Below, piece by piece: positions 10,246 to 19,686 of a DNA stretch of 64,000 nucleotides. Every line of letters begins with the position of its first letter. Position 1 is the stretch's first letter. The stretch is from Zoogloea sp. (GTDB lineage Bacteria; Pseudomonadota; Gammaproteobacteria; Burkholderiales; Rhodocyclaceae). The notes under the pieces were generated by a model. It did not search any database. It was given only the letters and a program-made list of their open reading frames with translations, and had not been told where the DNA came from. The position numbers and the translations under genes were made by a program. The DNA is taken from assembly GCF_009026175.1 (NCBI RefSeq), contig NZ_WBTZ01000002.1, one strand, 5' to 3'.

Positions 10246-11127
10246 ATGGATTTTTTTCTCGAAGTGCTGATCGGCGGCCTCCTGGCCGGGATCATGTATT
10301 CAATGGTGGCGATCGGCTTTGTACTGATCTATAAGGCCTCGGGGGTGTTCAATTTCGCCCAGGGGTCGATGGTGCTGTTTGCCGCCCTGACCTTCGTCAG
10401 CCTTGTGGAGCGGGGCTTCGCCTTCTGGAGTGCCTTCGCCACCACCCTCGGGGCAATGCTGGCCCTCGCCTGGGCGATCGAGCGTGGGGTCTTGCGCCCC
10501 CTCGTCAATCGGCCGCCCATCACGCTCTTCATGGCGACCCTGGGGGTCAGCTTCATCATCGAAGGCCTGGCTCAGCTCCTGTGGGGTGCCCAGGTGCACG
10601 GCCTCGAACTGGGCATCAAGGATGAGCCCATCGATCTTGGCGGCATTCTGCTGTCCCGCTTCGATCTCTTCGCGGCCGGCATAGCCGCGCTGCTGGTGCT
10701 GGCCTTGTCCCTGCTGTTCTCGCGGACCCGCATCGGCCTGTCCCTGCGTTCGGTCGCCAGCGACCCCTTGGCTGCGCTGGCCACGGGTATCCGCGTGCAG
10801 CGCATCTGGGCCGTGGTCTGGGCAGTTGCCGGCTTTGTCGGGCTGATCGCCGGACTGCTCTGGGGCGCCCGTCTCGGAGTCCAGTTCTCACTTTCCCTGG
10901 TCGTCCTGAAGGCCTTGCCGGTGCTGATCATCGGCGGCTTCTCGTCGATCGGCGGCGCCATCGTCGGCGGGCTGATCGTCGGCGCCGGGGAGAAGCTGGC
11001 CGAGGTGTATGCCGGCCCGGTGATCGGCGATGGCCTCGAGAACTGGTTTCCCTATGTGCTCGCGCTGCTTTTCCTGCTGGTACGTCCTGCGGGCCTGTTC
11101 GGCCAGCGCACCATCGAGAGGGTCTGA
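10246..11127 (+). CDS. LIV-type ABC permease (LivH-like)
   Basis: GFVLIYKASGVFNFAQG; hydrophobic multi-TM protein. Confidence 0.92.
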   Translation: MDFFLEVLIGGLLAGIMYSMVAIGFVLIYKASGVFNFAQGSMVLFAALTFVSLVERGFAFWSAFATTLGAMLALAWAIERGVLRPLVNRPPITLFMATLGVSFIIEGLAQLLWGAQVHGLELGIKDEPIDLGGILLSRFDLFAAGIAALLVLALSLLFSRTRIGLSLRSVASDPLAALATGIRVQRIWAVVWAVAGFVGLIAGLLWGARLGVQFSLSLVVLKALPVLIIGGFSSIGGAIVGGLIVGAGEKLAEVYAGPVIGDGLENWFPYVLALLFLLVRPAGLFGQRTIERV

Positions 11128-11129
11128 TC

Positions 11130-12197
11130 ATGCTTTTATCCGAGACCGGGCAGTTCAGCACGTGCTATGCCCATGACCGCCGTGCCTTCCGCCTCCGCCA
11201 GGAGCGTGTCGGCCTGGGCCTGGTGCTGGCCTTTGCCTTCCTGGTAGTGCCTGCCTGGGCCAGCGACTACTGGTTCAGCGCCATCCTGATTCCCTTCCTG
11301 ATCCTGTCCCTGGCAGGTCTGGGGCTCAATCTGCTGACCGGCTATGCGGGGCAGTTGTCCCTGGGGAGCGCCGCCTTCATGGCGGTGGGCGCCTTTGCGG
11401 CCTATAACTTCCAGCTGCGGATCGAGGGCCTCCCCTTCTTGGTCAGCCTCGCCCTGGGCGGACTTGTGGCAGCGCTGGCCGGCGTGGTGTTCGGCCTGCC
11501 GAGCCTGCGCATCAAGGGCTTCTACCTGATCGTCTCGACCCTCGCCGCCCAGTTCCTGGTGCAGTGGGGGCTGACCAAGTTCGGCTGGTTTTCCAACTTC
11601 AATCCTTCGGGCGTGATCACCGCACCTCCGCTGACGATACTCGGGCAGGACCTGTCCTCTCCGGCGGGGCGCTATCTGCTCACGCTGCTGGTGGTGACCG
11701 CCCTCTTCTTCCTGGCCGGCCGCATCGTGCGCTCGGACCTGGGCCGCAACTGGATGGCCGTGCGTGACATGGATTCCGCCGCGGCGGTGATCGGCATCCC
11801 GGTTGCCCGCAGCAAGCTCCTGGCCTTTGCGGTGAGTTCCTTCTACTGCGGCGTGGCCGGCTCCCTGTGGGCCTTCACTTACCTGGGCACCGTCGAGCCC
11901 CATGGCTTCGATCTGAATCGTTCATTCCAGGTGCTCTTCATCATCATCATCGGGGGCATGGGCAGCATCCTCGGTAACTTCCTCGGCGCCGCCTTCATCG
12001 TCTTGCTGCCCCTGTTGCTGAGCAACCTGGGCGGCTCGCTGCTCGCCGGAGTGATCGACCAGGGGCACATCGAGAACCTCCAGAAGATCCTTTTCGGGCT
12101 GTTGATCATCCTCTTCCTGATCCGCGAGCCCGATGGGCTGGCGAGTCTGTGGCGCAGCCTGCGGGCCCGCGCCCGAGTGTGGCCCTTGCGCGCCTGA
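11130..12197 (+). CDS. LIV-type ABC permease (LivM-like)
   Basis: LGLNLLTGYAGQLSLG, LRIKGFYL and IIIIGGMGS motifs. Confidence 0.92.
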   Translation: MLLSETGQFSTCYAHDRRAFRLRQERVGLGLVLAFAFLVVPAWASDYWFSAILIPFLILSLAGLGLNLLTGYAGQLSLGSAAFMAVGAFAAYNFQLRIEGLPFLVSLALGGLVAALAGVVFGLPSLRIKGFYLIVSTLAAQFLVQWGLTKFGWFSNFNPSGVITAPPLTILGQDLSSPAGRYLLTLLVVTALFFLAGRIVRSDLGRNWMAVRDMDSAAAVIGIPVARSKLLAFAVSSFYCGVAGSLWAFTYLGTVEPHGFDLNRSFQVLFIIIIGGMGSILGNFLGAAFIVLLPLLLSNLGGSLLAGVIDQGHIENLQKILFGLLIILFLIREPDGLASLWRSLRARARVWPLRA

Positions 12198-12305
12198 GCC
12201 TTCCCTTACCTCAACCTGATCCCTGTCATGGAACGGCCTGGCCAGCCGATCCAGGGCAGCTCACGGGGCTACGCCCCCCAATCATCCCCACAGGAGTCTT
12301 GCTTC

Positions 12306-13643
12306 ATGACCACATCGCGCTTTTCCCCGCGCCGCCTGACGGCCGCTTTCAGCCTCGGCCTTGCGCTTGTCAGCGGCAGCGCCACAGCCGCCGGCGAGCA
12401 GTATTTTCCCCTGCAAAGCTACCGGGTCGGCCCCTACGCAGCCGGCGGCACCGGCTTCTTCGGTGGTTTCATCGACTACATGCAGCTCGTCAATGCCCGT
12501 GATGGCGGGGTCAATGGCGTCAAGCTCACCTGGTCCGAATGCGAGACCGAGTATGTCGTCGAAAAGGGGGTTGAATGCTACGAGCGCCTGAAGAAGGGGC
12601 TCAACGGTGCGCCGGCAGCCGCCACCAACCCGCTCAGCGTCGGCATCGCCTACGCAACCCTGGAACGCTCCACCGCCGACCGGATTCCGCTGATCACCAT
12701 CAACCACGGGCGCACCGACTCGACCGACGGCAGCGTCTTCCCCTACGTCTTCCCCTTGCAGCTCAATCCCTACAGCGAGGTGTCGGCGATCGTCAATTAC
12801 ATCGGCCAGCGGGAAGGTGGTCTCGACAAGCTGAAGGGCAAGAAGATCGTGACGCTCTATCACGGGTCGCCCTACGGCAAGGAAACCATCCCCATCCTGG
12901 ACATCCTGTCGAAGAAATACGGTTTCGCCATCAGTCACATCGAAGTTCCCCACCCGGGCACCGAGCAGCAATCCCAGTGGCTCAACATCCGCCGCATCAA
13001 GCCTGACTGGGTGATTCTGCGGGGTTGGGGGGTGATGAACCCGGTGGCGCTGAAGACCGCCGCGAAGACCGGCTTTCCGGCCGACCATGTGATCGGCAAC
13101 ATCTGGAGCAACTCCGAAGACGACGCCGCACCTGCGGGCGATGCCGCCAAGGGCTTCATCTCCATCACCACCCACCCGGCCGGCACGGATTTCCCGGTGC
13201 TCAAGGACATCGAGAAGGTGGTGGTCAAGGCCGGCAAGGGCAATCTCCAGGATCCCAAGCGCTTCGGCAGTGTCTATTACAACCTGGGCGTGGTGAACGG
13301 CATCCTCAACGTCGAGGCGCTACGGATTGCCCAAGCCAAGTTCGGCAAACGGCCGCTCAGTGGTGAGGAAGTACGCTGGGGCTTCGAGCATCTCAAGCTT
13401 GATGCCAAACGCCTGCAGGATCTCGGCGCGACCGGCCTGGTCCAGACCCTCACGCTCTCCTGCTCCGATCACGAGGGCGGTGGTGCCGTGCGCTTTCAGC
13501 AATGGGATGGAGCCAGCTGGAAGGTGATCAGCGACTGGGTGCAGGCAGACCGCGGCCTGCTGCGTCCGATCATCGAGAAATCCGCTGCGGCCTACGCCAA
13601 GGAAAAGGGCATCACCCCGCGCAACTGCGCCAAGGAGAGCTGA
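12306..13643 (+). CDS. LIV-type ABC substrate-binding protein (PBP1 family)
   Basis: Signal peptide ending ATA-A; YRVGPYAAGG...DGGVNGVKL..ECETEY; start set at ATG 12306 after GGAG. Confidence 0.9.
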   Translation: MTTSRFSPRRLTAAFSLGLALVSGSATAAGEQYFPLQSYRVGPYAAGGTGFFGGFIDYMQLVNARDGGVNGVKLTWSECETEYVVEKGVECYERLKKGLNGAPAAATNPLSVGIAYATLERSTADRIPLITINHGRTDSTDGSVFPYVFPLQLNPYSEVSAIVNYIGQREGGLDKLKGKKIVTLYHGSPYGKETIPILDILSKKYGFAISHIEVPHPGTEQQSQWLNIRRIKPDWVILRGWGVMNPVALKTAAKTGFPADHVIGNIWSNSEDDAAPAGDAAKGFISITTHPAGTDFPVLKDIEKVVVKAGKGNLQDPKRFGSVYYNLGVVNGILNVEALRIAQAKFGKRPLSGEEVRWGFEHLKLDAKRLQDLGATGLVQTLTLSCSDHEGGGAVRFQQWDGASWKVISDWVQADRGLLRPIIEKSAAAYAKEKGITPRNCAKES

Positions 13644-13702
13644 AATCAAACGTCCGCGCAGGCTGCAAGGCCTGCGCCCACATCAACAACGGACTCTTGC
13701 CC

Positions 13703-14509
13703 ATGACGACTTCCTCCATCCTCCGAGTCGATAACATCCACGTGATCTACGACCAGGTGATCCTCGGCGCCCGCGGCATCAGCCTTGAGCTGCCGGAGGG
13801 ACGCATCCATGCCCTGCTCGGCGCCAATGGCGCCGGCAAGACGACGACGCTCAAGGCCATCTCGGGTCTGATCAGGGCCGAGCGTGGCGAAGTGACCTGC
13901 GGCAGCATCCATTTTGCCGGTCATGATGTGCTCAAGAGTGATCCGGCGGCACTGGTGAGCCAGGGGCTGGTGCAGGTCCTGGAGGGGCGCCATTGCTTCG
14001 CCGAGCTTGATGTGGACGAGAACCTGCGGGTCGGCGCCTTTGTGCGCACCCCCTCCCGCGCTGATCTGCGCCGGGGGCTGGAACGCATCTACACCTACTT
14101 TCCGCGCCTCGCCGAGCGACGCCGGAGTCGCGCCGGTTATCTGTCGGGCGGTGAGCAGCAGATGCTGGCCATCGGACGTGCGTTGATCGCCTCCCCCCGC
14201 CTGGTCCTGCTCGACGAACCGTCCATGGGGCTTGCCCCGCAGATCGTCATCGAGATCTTCGAGATCGTGCGCCGCCTCAACCATGAGGAAGGAGTGAGCT
14301 TCCTGCTCGCGGAACAGAATGCGGCGATCGCCCTTCGCTATTCGGATCACGCCCATATCCTGGAGAACGGCCGCATCGCGGGTAGCGGTCCTTCCGCCGA
14401 ACTGGCCGAGCGGGACGATGTACGGGCTTCCTATCTGGGAATCGGCGCCGAGGGCCGCCGCAGTTTTCGTGAAGCCAGGCATTACCATAGCCGCCGCCGC
14501 GAACATTGA
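13703..14509 (+). CDS. LIV-type ABC ATPase (LivF-like)
   Basis: GANGAGKT, LSGGEQQMLAIGRAL and LDEPSMGLAP motifs. Confidence 0.92.
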   Translation: MTTSSILRVDNIHVIYDQVILGARGISLELPEGRIHALLGANGAGKTTTLKAISGLIRAERGEVTCGSIHFAGHDVLKSDPAALVSQGLVQVLEGRHCFAELDVDENLRVGAFVRTPSRADLRRGLERIYTYFPRLAERRRSRAGYLSGGEQQMLAIGRALIASPRLVLLDEPSMGLAPQIVIEIFEIVRRLNHEEGVSFLLAEQNAAIALRYSDHAHILENGRIAGSGPSAELAERDDVRASYLGIGAEGRRSFREARHYHSRRREH

Positions 14510-14544
14510 TCTCCTCATCCTCGAGGTTTTTCCTCAGGAACTTT

Positions 14545-14573
14545 AAGCCGCACCTCGGGGTGCGGCTTTTTTT
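14545..14573 (+). terminator. Rho-independent terminator
   Basis: AAGCCGCACC-TCGG-GGTGCGGCTT followed by a T tract. Confidence 0.88.
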
Positions 14574-14631
14574 GGCCTCCATGAATATGTCGGATGCTTA
14601 TTCAATGAATATTTTATTCAATTGATTTAAT

Positions 14632-14647
14632 TGCTGGAACAGAGGCA
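14632..14647. promoter_or_regulatory. One-mismatch TGCT-N8-AGCA site
   Basis: TGCTGGAACAGAGGCA; a weaker partner TGCC-N8-CGCA lies at 14664-14679. Confidence 0.45.
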
Positions 14648-14739
14648 TGCAAATAGCAGGCTATGCCTCCATGGCCGCATCCGGAATGTCTTGATCAGCT
14701 TTCAAGGCCACTTTCTCCCTAGTTTTTCATTATTTGCCC

Positions 14740-14755
14740 TGGCACGCGAACTGCT
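14740..14755 (+). promoter_or_regulatory. Sigma54 promoter for porin-ABC operon 2
   Basis: TGGCACGCGAACTGCT. Confidence 0.85.
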
Positions 14756-14792
14756 AATAGGAGGTGCCAACAACCGTAATGGAAATCCAAAA

Positions 14793-15920
14793 ATGAAAAA
14801 TACCAACGTCCTTGCCCTGCTTCTTGTTGCAGCGAGCACGTCCGTCCTGGCGCAGAGCAATGTCACCATTTTCGGCACCGTCGACATGGGCTACCGCTGG
14901 AGCGACAGGAACGTCGATCCCCGCATCGGCAGCCAGTCACGCACCGACTCGGGAACCAGCGTGCCCAGCCGGCTTGGTTTCCAGGGGATCGAGGACATCG
15001 GCAATGGGCTCAAGGCCAGCTTCATCCTTGAAGCCGCCATCGATACCTCCACCGGTGAATTGCCGGGTGGGGGTGGATTCAGCCGCCAGGCCTTTGTTGC
15101 CTTGGGGGGCGCGTTCGGGAAGGTGGCACTGGGGCGGCAATACACGCCCGGCTACTTATTCACTTCCGAGGTCGATCCTTTTGGTAGCGTCACTGTCGGT
15201 CAATATAACAATGTGTACCTGACCGAATACCGCTGGAACAATCAGATCACTTATTTCTCTCCCGAGAAGGAAGGCCTCTCCTTCTCTGCGGCTTATTCCC
15301 TGAACGGCTACGGGCAGGAGTCCATCGGTAATCGGGGCAATGGCACGACCGGCGATGTGGAGGCGCTATCGGTGCAGCCTCAGTACCGCAAGGGTCCGCT
15401 TCTGGTGGGCGCGCACTTTCAGGAATTGCGCTCGCGCAGCACGGGCCGGGACGATGCCGGCAATGTGCTGACGGCCACTTACGACGGCAAGAAGATCAGG
15501 GCCTACGACGTGGGTGCGACCTACGACCTCGGCGTTGCGAAGCTGGCTGCGCTATACGGCATCCGTCGCTCCGACAGCGCCGATTTCAGCCCCGACACGG
15601 GTGCCAGCACGGTCAAGGACAGCCGCCAGTGGTTGCTCGGCGCGACCTTGCCGCTTGGGGCAGATGGCAAGCTGCTTGCCTCTTACGTGCGCCGCAGCAG
15701 CGAGCTTGCGTCCGGCCACGGCGATGCCAAGGCTGGTCAGTGGGCGCTCGGCTACGAACATGCCTTGTCCAGACGCACGGTTCTCTACACCACCTACGCC
15801 AGCGTCAATAACAACGGGGTGGGCCGTGATGCGGGCTTCGTGAGTTCTGTTGGTGCGGGGTACAACCCAGGCAATGGCTACCAACGCAGTGCTGCGGTCG
15901 GCATCCGTCATTCCTTCTGA
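14793..15920 (+). CDS. Gram-negative (betaproteobacterial) trimeric porin
   Basis: Signal peptide VLA-Q; SNVTIFGTVD, SRLGFQGIEDIGNGLKASFILE and YEHALSRRT motifs; C-terminal GIRHSF. Confidence 0.9.
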   Translation: MKNTNVLALLLVAASTSVLAQSNVTIFGTVDMGYRWSDRNVDPRIGSQSRTDSGTSVPSRLGFQGIEDIGNGLKASFILEAAIDTSTGELPGGGGFSRQAFVALGGAFGKVALGRQYTPGYLFTSEVDPFGSVTVGQYNNVYLTEYRWNNQITYFSPEKEGLSFSAAYSLNGYGQESIGNRGNGTTGDVEALSVQPQYRKGPLLVGAHFQELRSRSTGRDDAGNVLTATYDGKKIRAYDVGATYDLGVAKLAALYGIRRSDSADFSPDTGASTVKDSRQWLLGATLPLGADGKLLASYVRRSSELASGHGDAKAGQWALGYEHALSRRTVLYTTYASVNNNGVGRDAGFVSSVGAGYNPGNGYQRSAAVGIRHSF

Positions 15921-15939
15921 GCCCTGGGAGGATCACGCG

Positions 15940-16866
15940 ATGAACCAGCGACTGCCTGTGGCGAGCGATCCAGTGGGCCACCTCGATACCTGGGCAGCGG
16001 CGCGTCCCGGAGCCCTGGCACTGCTGCACAAGCGTCGGGGGCGCTGGATGGCCTGGCGTTGGGCGGACGTCCGTCGCGAAGTGGCCGAGCTGAGCGCCGC
16101 CCTCGCCGCCCGTGGCTTCGGTCCGGGTGAGCGGCTGGCCTTGGCGGGCCCGTTCGAGCCCACCCTGGTCCTGCTGGCGCTGGGCGCCCGGAACGCCGGC
16201 GGCGAGGTGGTAGCGGTTTCTCCGGACCTGTCCGGCCAGGCCCTGCTCGATGGCCTCTCTGCAGCGGGCGCGCACCATCTCTTCGTGGCCAGCCGCGACG
16301 GGGCAAGCCGTGCCATTGCGGCCTATGCAGGCGCCCGGGCAGCACCGCGCCTGTACCTGCGCGAAGCGCCGGCGCAGCGCAGCGCCGGCTTGTCCGTGAC
16401 CCCGATCGCGGAACTGTTCGGAGAGCCCCGCCCCATGCCGGAACGTATCGAATGGGATCGGCTGCGCAGCAGCCGCAGTGCGTGGGTCGAGGAAGGCAGT
16501 GAATGGGCTGAGGGGCTCGGCCTGATCCTCGAGCGCCTCCTCACCCACGGGCAAGCCTTCGCTTTTCCTGAAAATGCGGAATCCGCGTCTCGCGACCGGT
16601 GCGACATCGCCCCCGTCATGCTGCTGCTGTCGGCGGCCCGGGCCGGTGCGCTTCACGACAAACTCGACCAGCGCCTGGCCCCCTCTGGCAGCCTGGGCCG
16701 CCGCCTGTGGGACTGGGCCCAGCGTCATGCCGGACGGCCCGGAGCCCATCGGCATCTGCGCTCCCATGTACGCCGGATTGCCGGCTTGCATCGGGTGCGC
16801 GCAGTCGAGCCCGCTGCGCTTGTCGCCTCGGCATGGCTGGGCACAGGCCGGGAGGAGCTGCCATGA
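15940..16866 (+). CDS. Second truncated, degenerate acyl-CoA ligase-like protein
   Basis: LALLHKRRGRWMAWRWADVRREVAELSAAL N-terminus and FAFPENAESASRDRCDIAP; no recognisable P-loop; 308 aa; ATGA overlap with the ATPase gene. Confidence 0.7.
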   Translation: MNQRLPVASDPVGHLDTWAAARPGALALLHKRRGRWMAWRWADVRREVAELSAALAARGFGPGERLALAGPFEPTLVLLALGARNAGGEVVAVSPDLSGQALLDGLSAAGAHHLFVASRDGASRAIAAYAGARAAPRLYLREAPAQRSAGLSVTPIAELFGEPRPMPERIEWDRLRSSRSAWVEEGSEWAEGLGLILERLLTHGQAFAFPENAESASRDRCDIAPVMLLLSAARAGALHDKLDQRLAPSGSLGRRLWDWAQRHAGRPGAHRHLRSHVRRIAGLHRVRAVEPAALVASAWLGTGREELP

Positions 16867-17666
16867 ACGCGCCCCAAGCGGCCGATCCGATTCTGGAAGT
16901 TCAGGATGTTTCCTTGTCCTTCAAGGGTGTAAAGGCGATTTCAGGGCTCAGCTTCGTGGTGCGGCGGGGCGAGATCTGCGCCCTGATCGGCCCCAACGGA
17001 GCGGGCAAGAGTTCCCTGCTCAACGTGCTTAACGGGGTGTACAGGCCGGATTCCGGCGAGCTTGTCTTCGAGGGCATCCACTACCGGGGGATCACCCCGC
17101 TGGAGGCCGCCCGCCGGGGCATTGGCAGAACCTTCCAGAACAACGCTCTGTTCAAGCGCATGGGTGTTCTCGACAACGTGCTGTCGGGGCTGTCCCGGCA
17201 TGCCCGGACGGGCTTTTTCGCCCAGGCCTTGGGCCTGCCTGCCGCCCGCGGCGAAGCCCGCGCCTTTCGCGAGCTGGCGGAGCACACCCTGGAGTTCCTT
17301 GAGCTCCAGGCCTGGCGGGATACGCCGGTGGGCAGCCTGGCCTATGGCCTGCAGAAACGGGTCGAACTGGGCCGTGCCTTGATCGCCGGGCCACGCCTCC
17401 TGTTGCTCGACGAGCCGATGGCCGGCATGAACGCCGATGAAAAGCGCGAGATGAGCCGCTTCGTCACGGAGATCAACCGCAGCTTCGGGACCACCGTGGT
17501 GTTGATCGAGCACGACATCGGGGTGGTGATGGGCCTCTCGGCCCACGTGGTGGTGCTCGATTACGGGCGCAAGGTCGGCGACGGCACGCCGGCCGAGGTG
17601 AAGGCCAATCCGGACGTCATTGCGGCTTATCTGGGAGCCGTCCAACAAGAGGGCGCAAGAACATGA
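16863..17666 (+). CDS. LIV-type ABC ATPase (LivG-like)
   Basis: GPNGAGKS and LAYGLQKRVELGRAL motifs. Confidence 0.93.
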   Translation: MNAPQAADPILEVQDVSLSFKGVKAISGLSFVVRRGEICALIGPNGAGKSSLLNVLNGVYRPDSGELVFEGIHYRGITPLEAARRGIGRTFQNNALFKRMGVLDNVLSGLSRHARTGFFAQALGLPAARGEARAFRELAEHTLEFLELQAWRDTPVGSLAYGLQKRVELGRALIAGPRLLLLDEPMAGMNADEKREMSRFVTEINRSFGTTVVLIEHDIGVVMGLSAHVVVLDYGRKVGDGTPAEVKANPDVIAAYLGAVQQEGART

Positions 17667-18544
17667 ATTTTTTCCTCGAGACCCTCATCGGTGGCCTGCT
17701 TGCCGGGACAATGTACTCGCTGGTGGCGATCGGCTTCGTGCTGATCTACAAGGCCAGCGGGGTATTCAACTTTGCCCAGGGCGCCATGTTGCTGTTCGCG
17801 GCCTTGAACTGCGTCAGCCTGCAGGAGGCCGGCCTGCCCTTCCCCGCTGCAGTGTTGGCAAGCGTGTCGATCATGATCGTGCTGGCCCTGGCGATCGAGC
17901 GTGCGGTGCTGCGCCCATTGGTCGGGCGCTCGCAGATCACCCTGTTCATGGCCACCCTGGGCCTGAGCTTCATAATCGAGGGACTGGCCCAGGGGCTCAT
18001 GGGCGCTGAGGTCCGCGCCCTCGACCTCGGCATCGAGGACGTCCCGATCACCATCGGCGACATCATGGTGAGCCAGTTCGACCTGTTCGCGGCGGCCACC
18101 GCGGGGATCCTCGTGCTGGTGCTGGCGCTGCTCTTCAACAAGACGCGGATCGGCGTGTCGCTGCGGGCTGTGGCCGACGATACCCGCGCGGCCCTGTCGA
18201 TCGGCATCAACCTCAATCGTATCTGGCAGATCGTCTGGGCCGTGGCCGGCATCGTCGGTCTGGTTGCCGGCCTCTTGTGGGGCGCGCGCCAAGGTGTCCA
18301 GTTCGCCCTCTCCCTGGTGGTCCTCAAGGCGCTGCCGGTGCTGATCATCGGCGGCTTCACCTCCATCGGCGGGGCCATCGCCGGCGGGCTCATCGTCGGT
18401 GCCGCGGAGAACCTTGCCGAGGTCTACGCCGGCCCCTTGCTGGGCGGCGGGATCACGCCATGGTTTGCCTATTTCCTTGCGCTGGCCTTCCTTTATGTGC
18501 GGCCCGCCGGGCTCTTCGGCGAACGCGCCATCGAAAGGGTGTGA
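17663..18544 (+). CDS. LIV-type ABC permease (LivH-like)
   Basis: Paralog of 10246-11127. Confidence 0.92.
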   Translation: MNFFLETLIGGLLAGTMYSLVAIGFVLIYKASGVFNFAQGAMLLFAALNCVSLQEAGLPFPAAVLASVSIMIVLALAIERAVLRPLVGRSQITLFMATLGLSFIIEGLAQGLMGAEVRALDLGIEDVPITIGDIMVSQFDLFAAATAGILVLVLALLFNKTRIGVSLRAVADDTRAALSIGINLNRIWQIVWAVAGIVGLVAGLLWGARQGVQFALSLVVLKALPVLIIGGFTSIGGAIAGGLIVGAAENLAEVYAGPLLGGGITPWFAYFLALAFLYVRPAGLFGERAIERV

Positions 18545-18547
18545 AGC

Positions 18548-19624
18548 ATGTCGAGTCAATCCCAGCCTCTCTCCCCGTCTTTCTCCCGGCCCTTCGAGCA
18601 CGCTTTGCTCGAGGTTGCCGCCCGGCCCTTTCCGTGGGGCCCTGGCGCCCTTCTTGTGGTGGCTTTCGGCCTGCTGCCCTGGCTCGCCGATGACTATTGG
18701 CTCAACGCGATCCTGATTCCCTTCCTGGTGCTGTCCCTGGCCGGGTTGGGACTCAATCTGCTGACCGGCTACACCGGGCAGACCTCGGTCGGTTCGGCCG
18801 GCTTCATGGCGGTGGGGGCCTTTGCGACCTATGCCTTCCTGCTGCGCGTGCCAGCCCTGCCCTTGCCCCTGGCTTTGCTTGCCGGGGGCGCCATCGCAGC
18901 GGGCGCGGGCTTTGTCTTCGGCATTCCGAGCAAGCGCATCAAGGGCTTCTACCTGATGGTGACCACGCTGGCGGCGCAGTTCTTCCTGGAATGGGTGTTC
19001 ACCAAGTTTCCGTGGTTCTACAACCATGCTTCGTCCGGAACCATTTCCGCTCCCCGGCTGGAGGTGTTCGGTCATGACATTTCGGGGCCCGGTGGGCGCT
19101 ATGTGTTGACGCTGTCGGTGGTGGCGCTGCTGACCTGGATCGCCCATAACCTGGTGCGTGGCCAGGTGGGGCGCAACTGGACGGCGATCCGCGACATGGA
19201 TACCGCGGCGGCCGTGATCGGCATCGAGGTGGACCGCTACAAGCGGCTGGCTTTCGCGGTGAGCAGCTTCTACCTCGGGATCGCCGGTGCCCTGTGGACC
19301 TTTGCCTACCTCGGCACGGCAAGCGCCAGCAGCTTCGATATCAATCGATCCTTCCAGATCCTCTTCATCATCATCATCGGCGGCATGGGCAGCATTGCCG
19401 GCAACTTCATCGGTGCCGCCTTCATCAGCCTGCTGCCCCTCTTCCTGAGCCAGGCGGGCCAGGCCCTGCTGGGCAGCAGTGTCGATCCGGGCCAGATCCA
19501 GAACCTCCAGAAGATCATTTTCGGGGCTTTGATCATCGCCTTCCTGATCAAGGAACCCGAAGGCCTGGCCCGCATGTTGCGGCGCTTCGCCGCGCGCCTG
19601 GCGGTCTGGCCCCTGCGCTTCTGA
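18548..19624 (+). CDS. LIV-type ABC permease (LivM-like)
   Basis: Paralog of 11130-12197. Confidence 0.92.
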   Translation: MSSQSQPLSPSFSRPFEHALLEVAARPFPWGPGALLVVAFGLLPWLADDYWLNAILIPFLVLSLAGLGLNLLTGYTGQTSVGSAGFMAVGAFATYAFLLRVPALPLPLALLAGGAIAAGAGFVFGIPSKRIKGFYLMVTTLAAQFFLEWVFTKFPWFYNHASSGTISAPRLEVFGHDISGPGGRYVLTLSVVALLTWIAHNLVRGQVGRNWTAIRDMDTAAAVIGIEVDRYKRLAFAVSSFYLGIAGALWTFAYLGTASASSFDINRSFQILFIIIIGGMGSIAGNFIGAAFISLLPLFLSQAGQALLGSSVDPGQIQNLQKIIFGALIIAFLIKEPEGLARMLRRFAARLAVWPLRF

Positions 19625-19686
19625 AACACCGTTGTATTGAACCCTCCGTTCCCGTCTTCATTTGCCCCCTGACTAGAGAAACGAAA

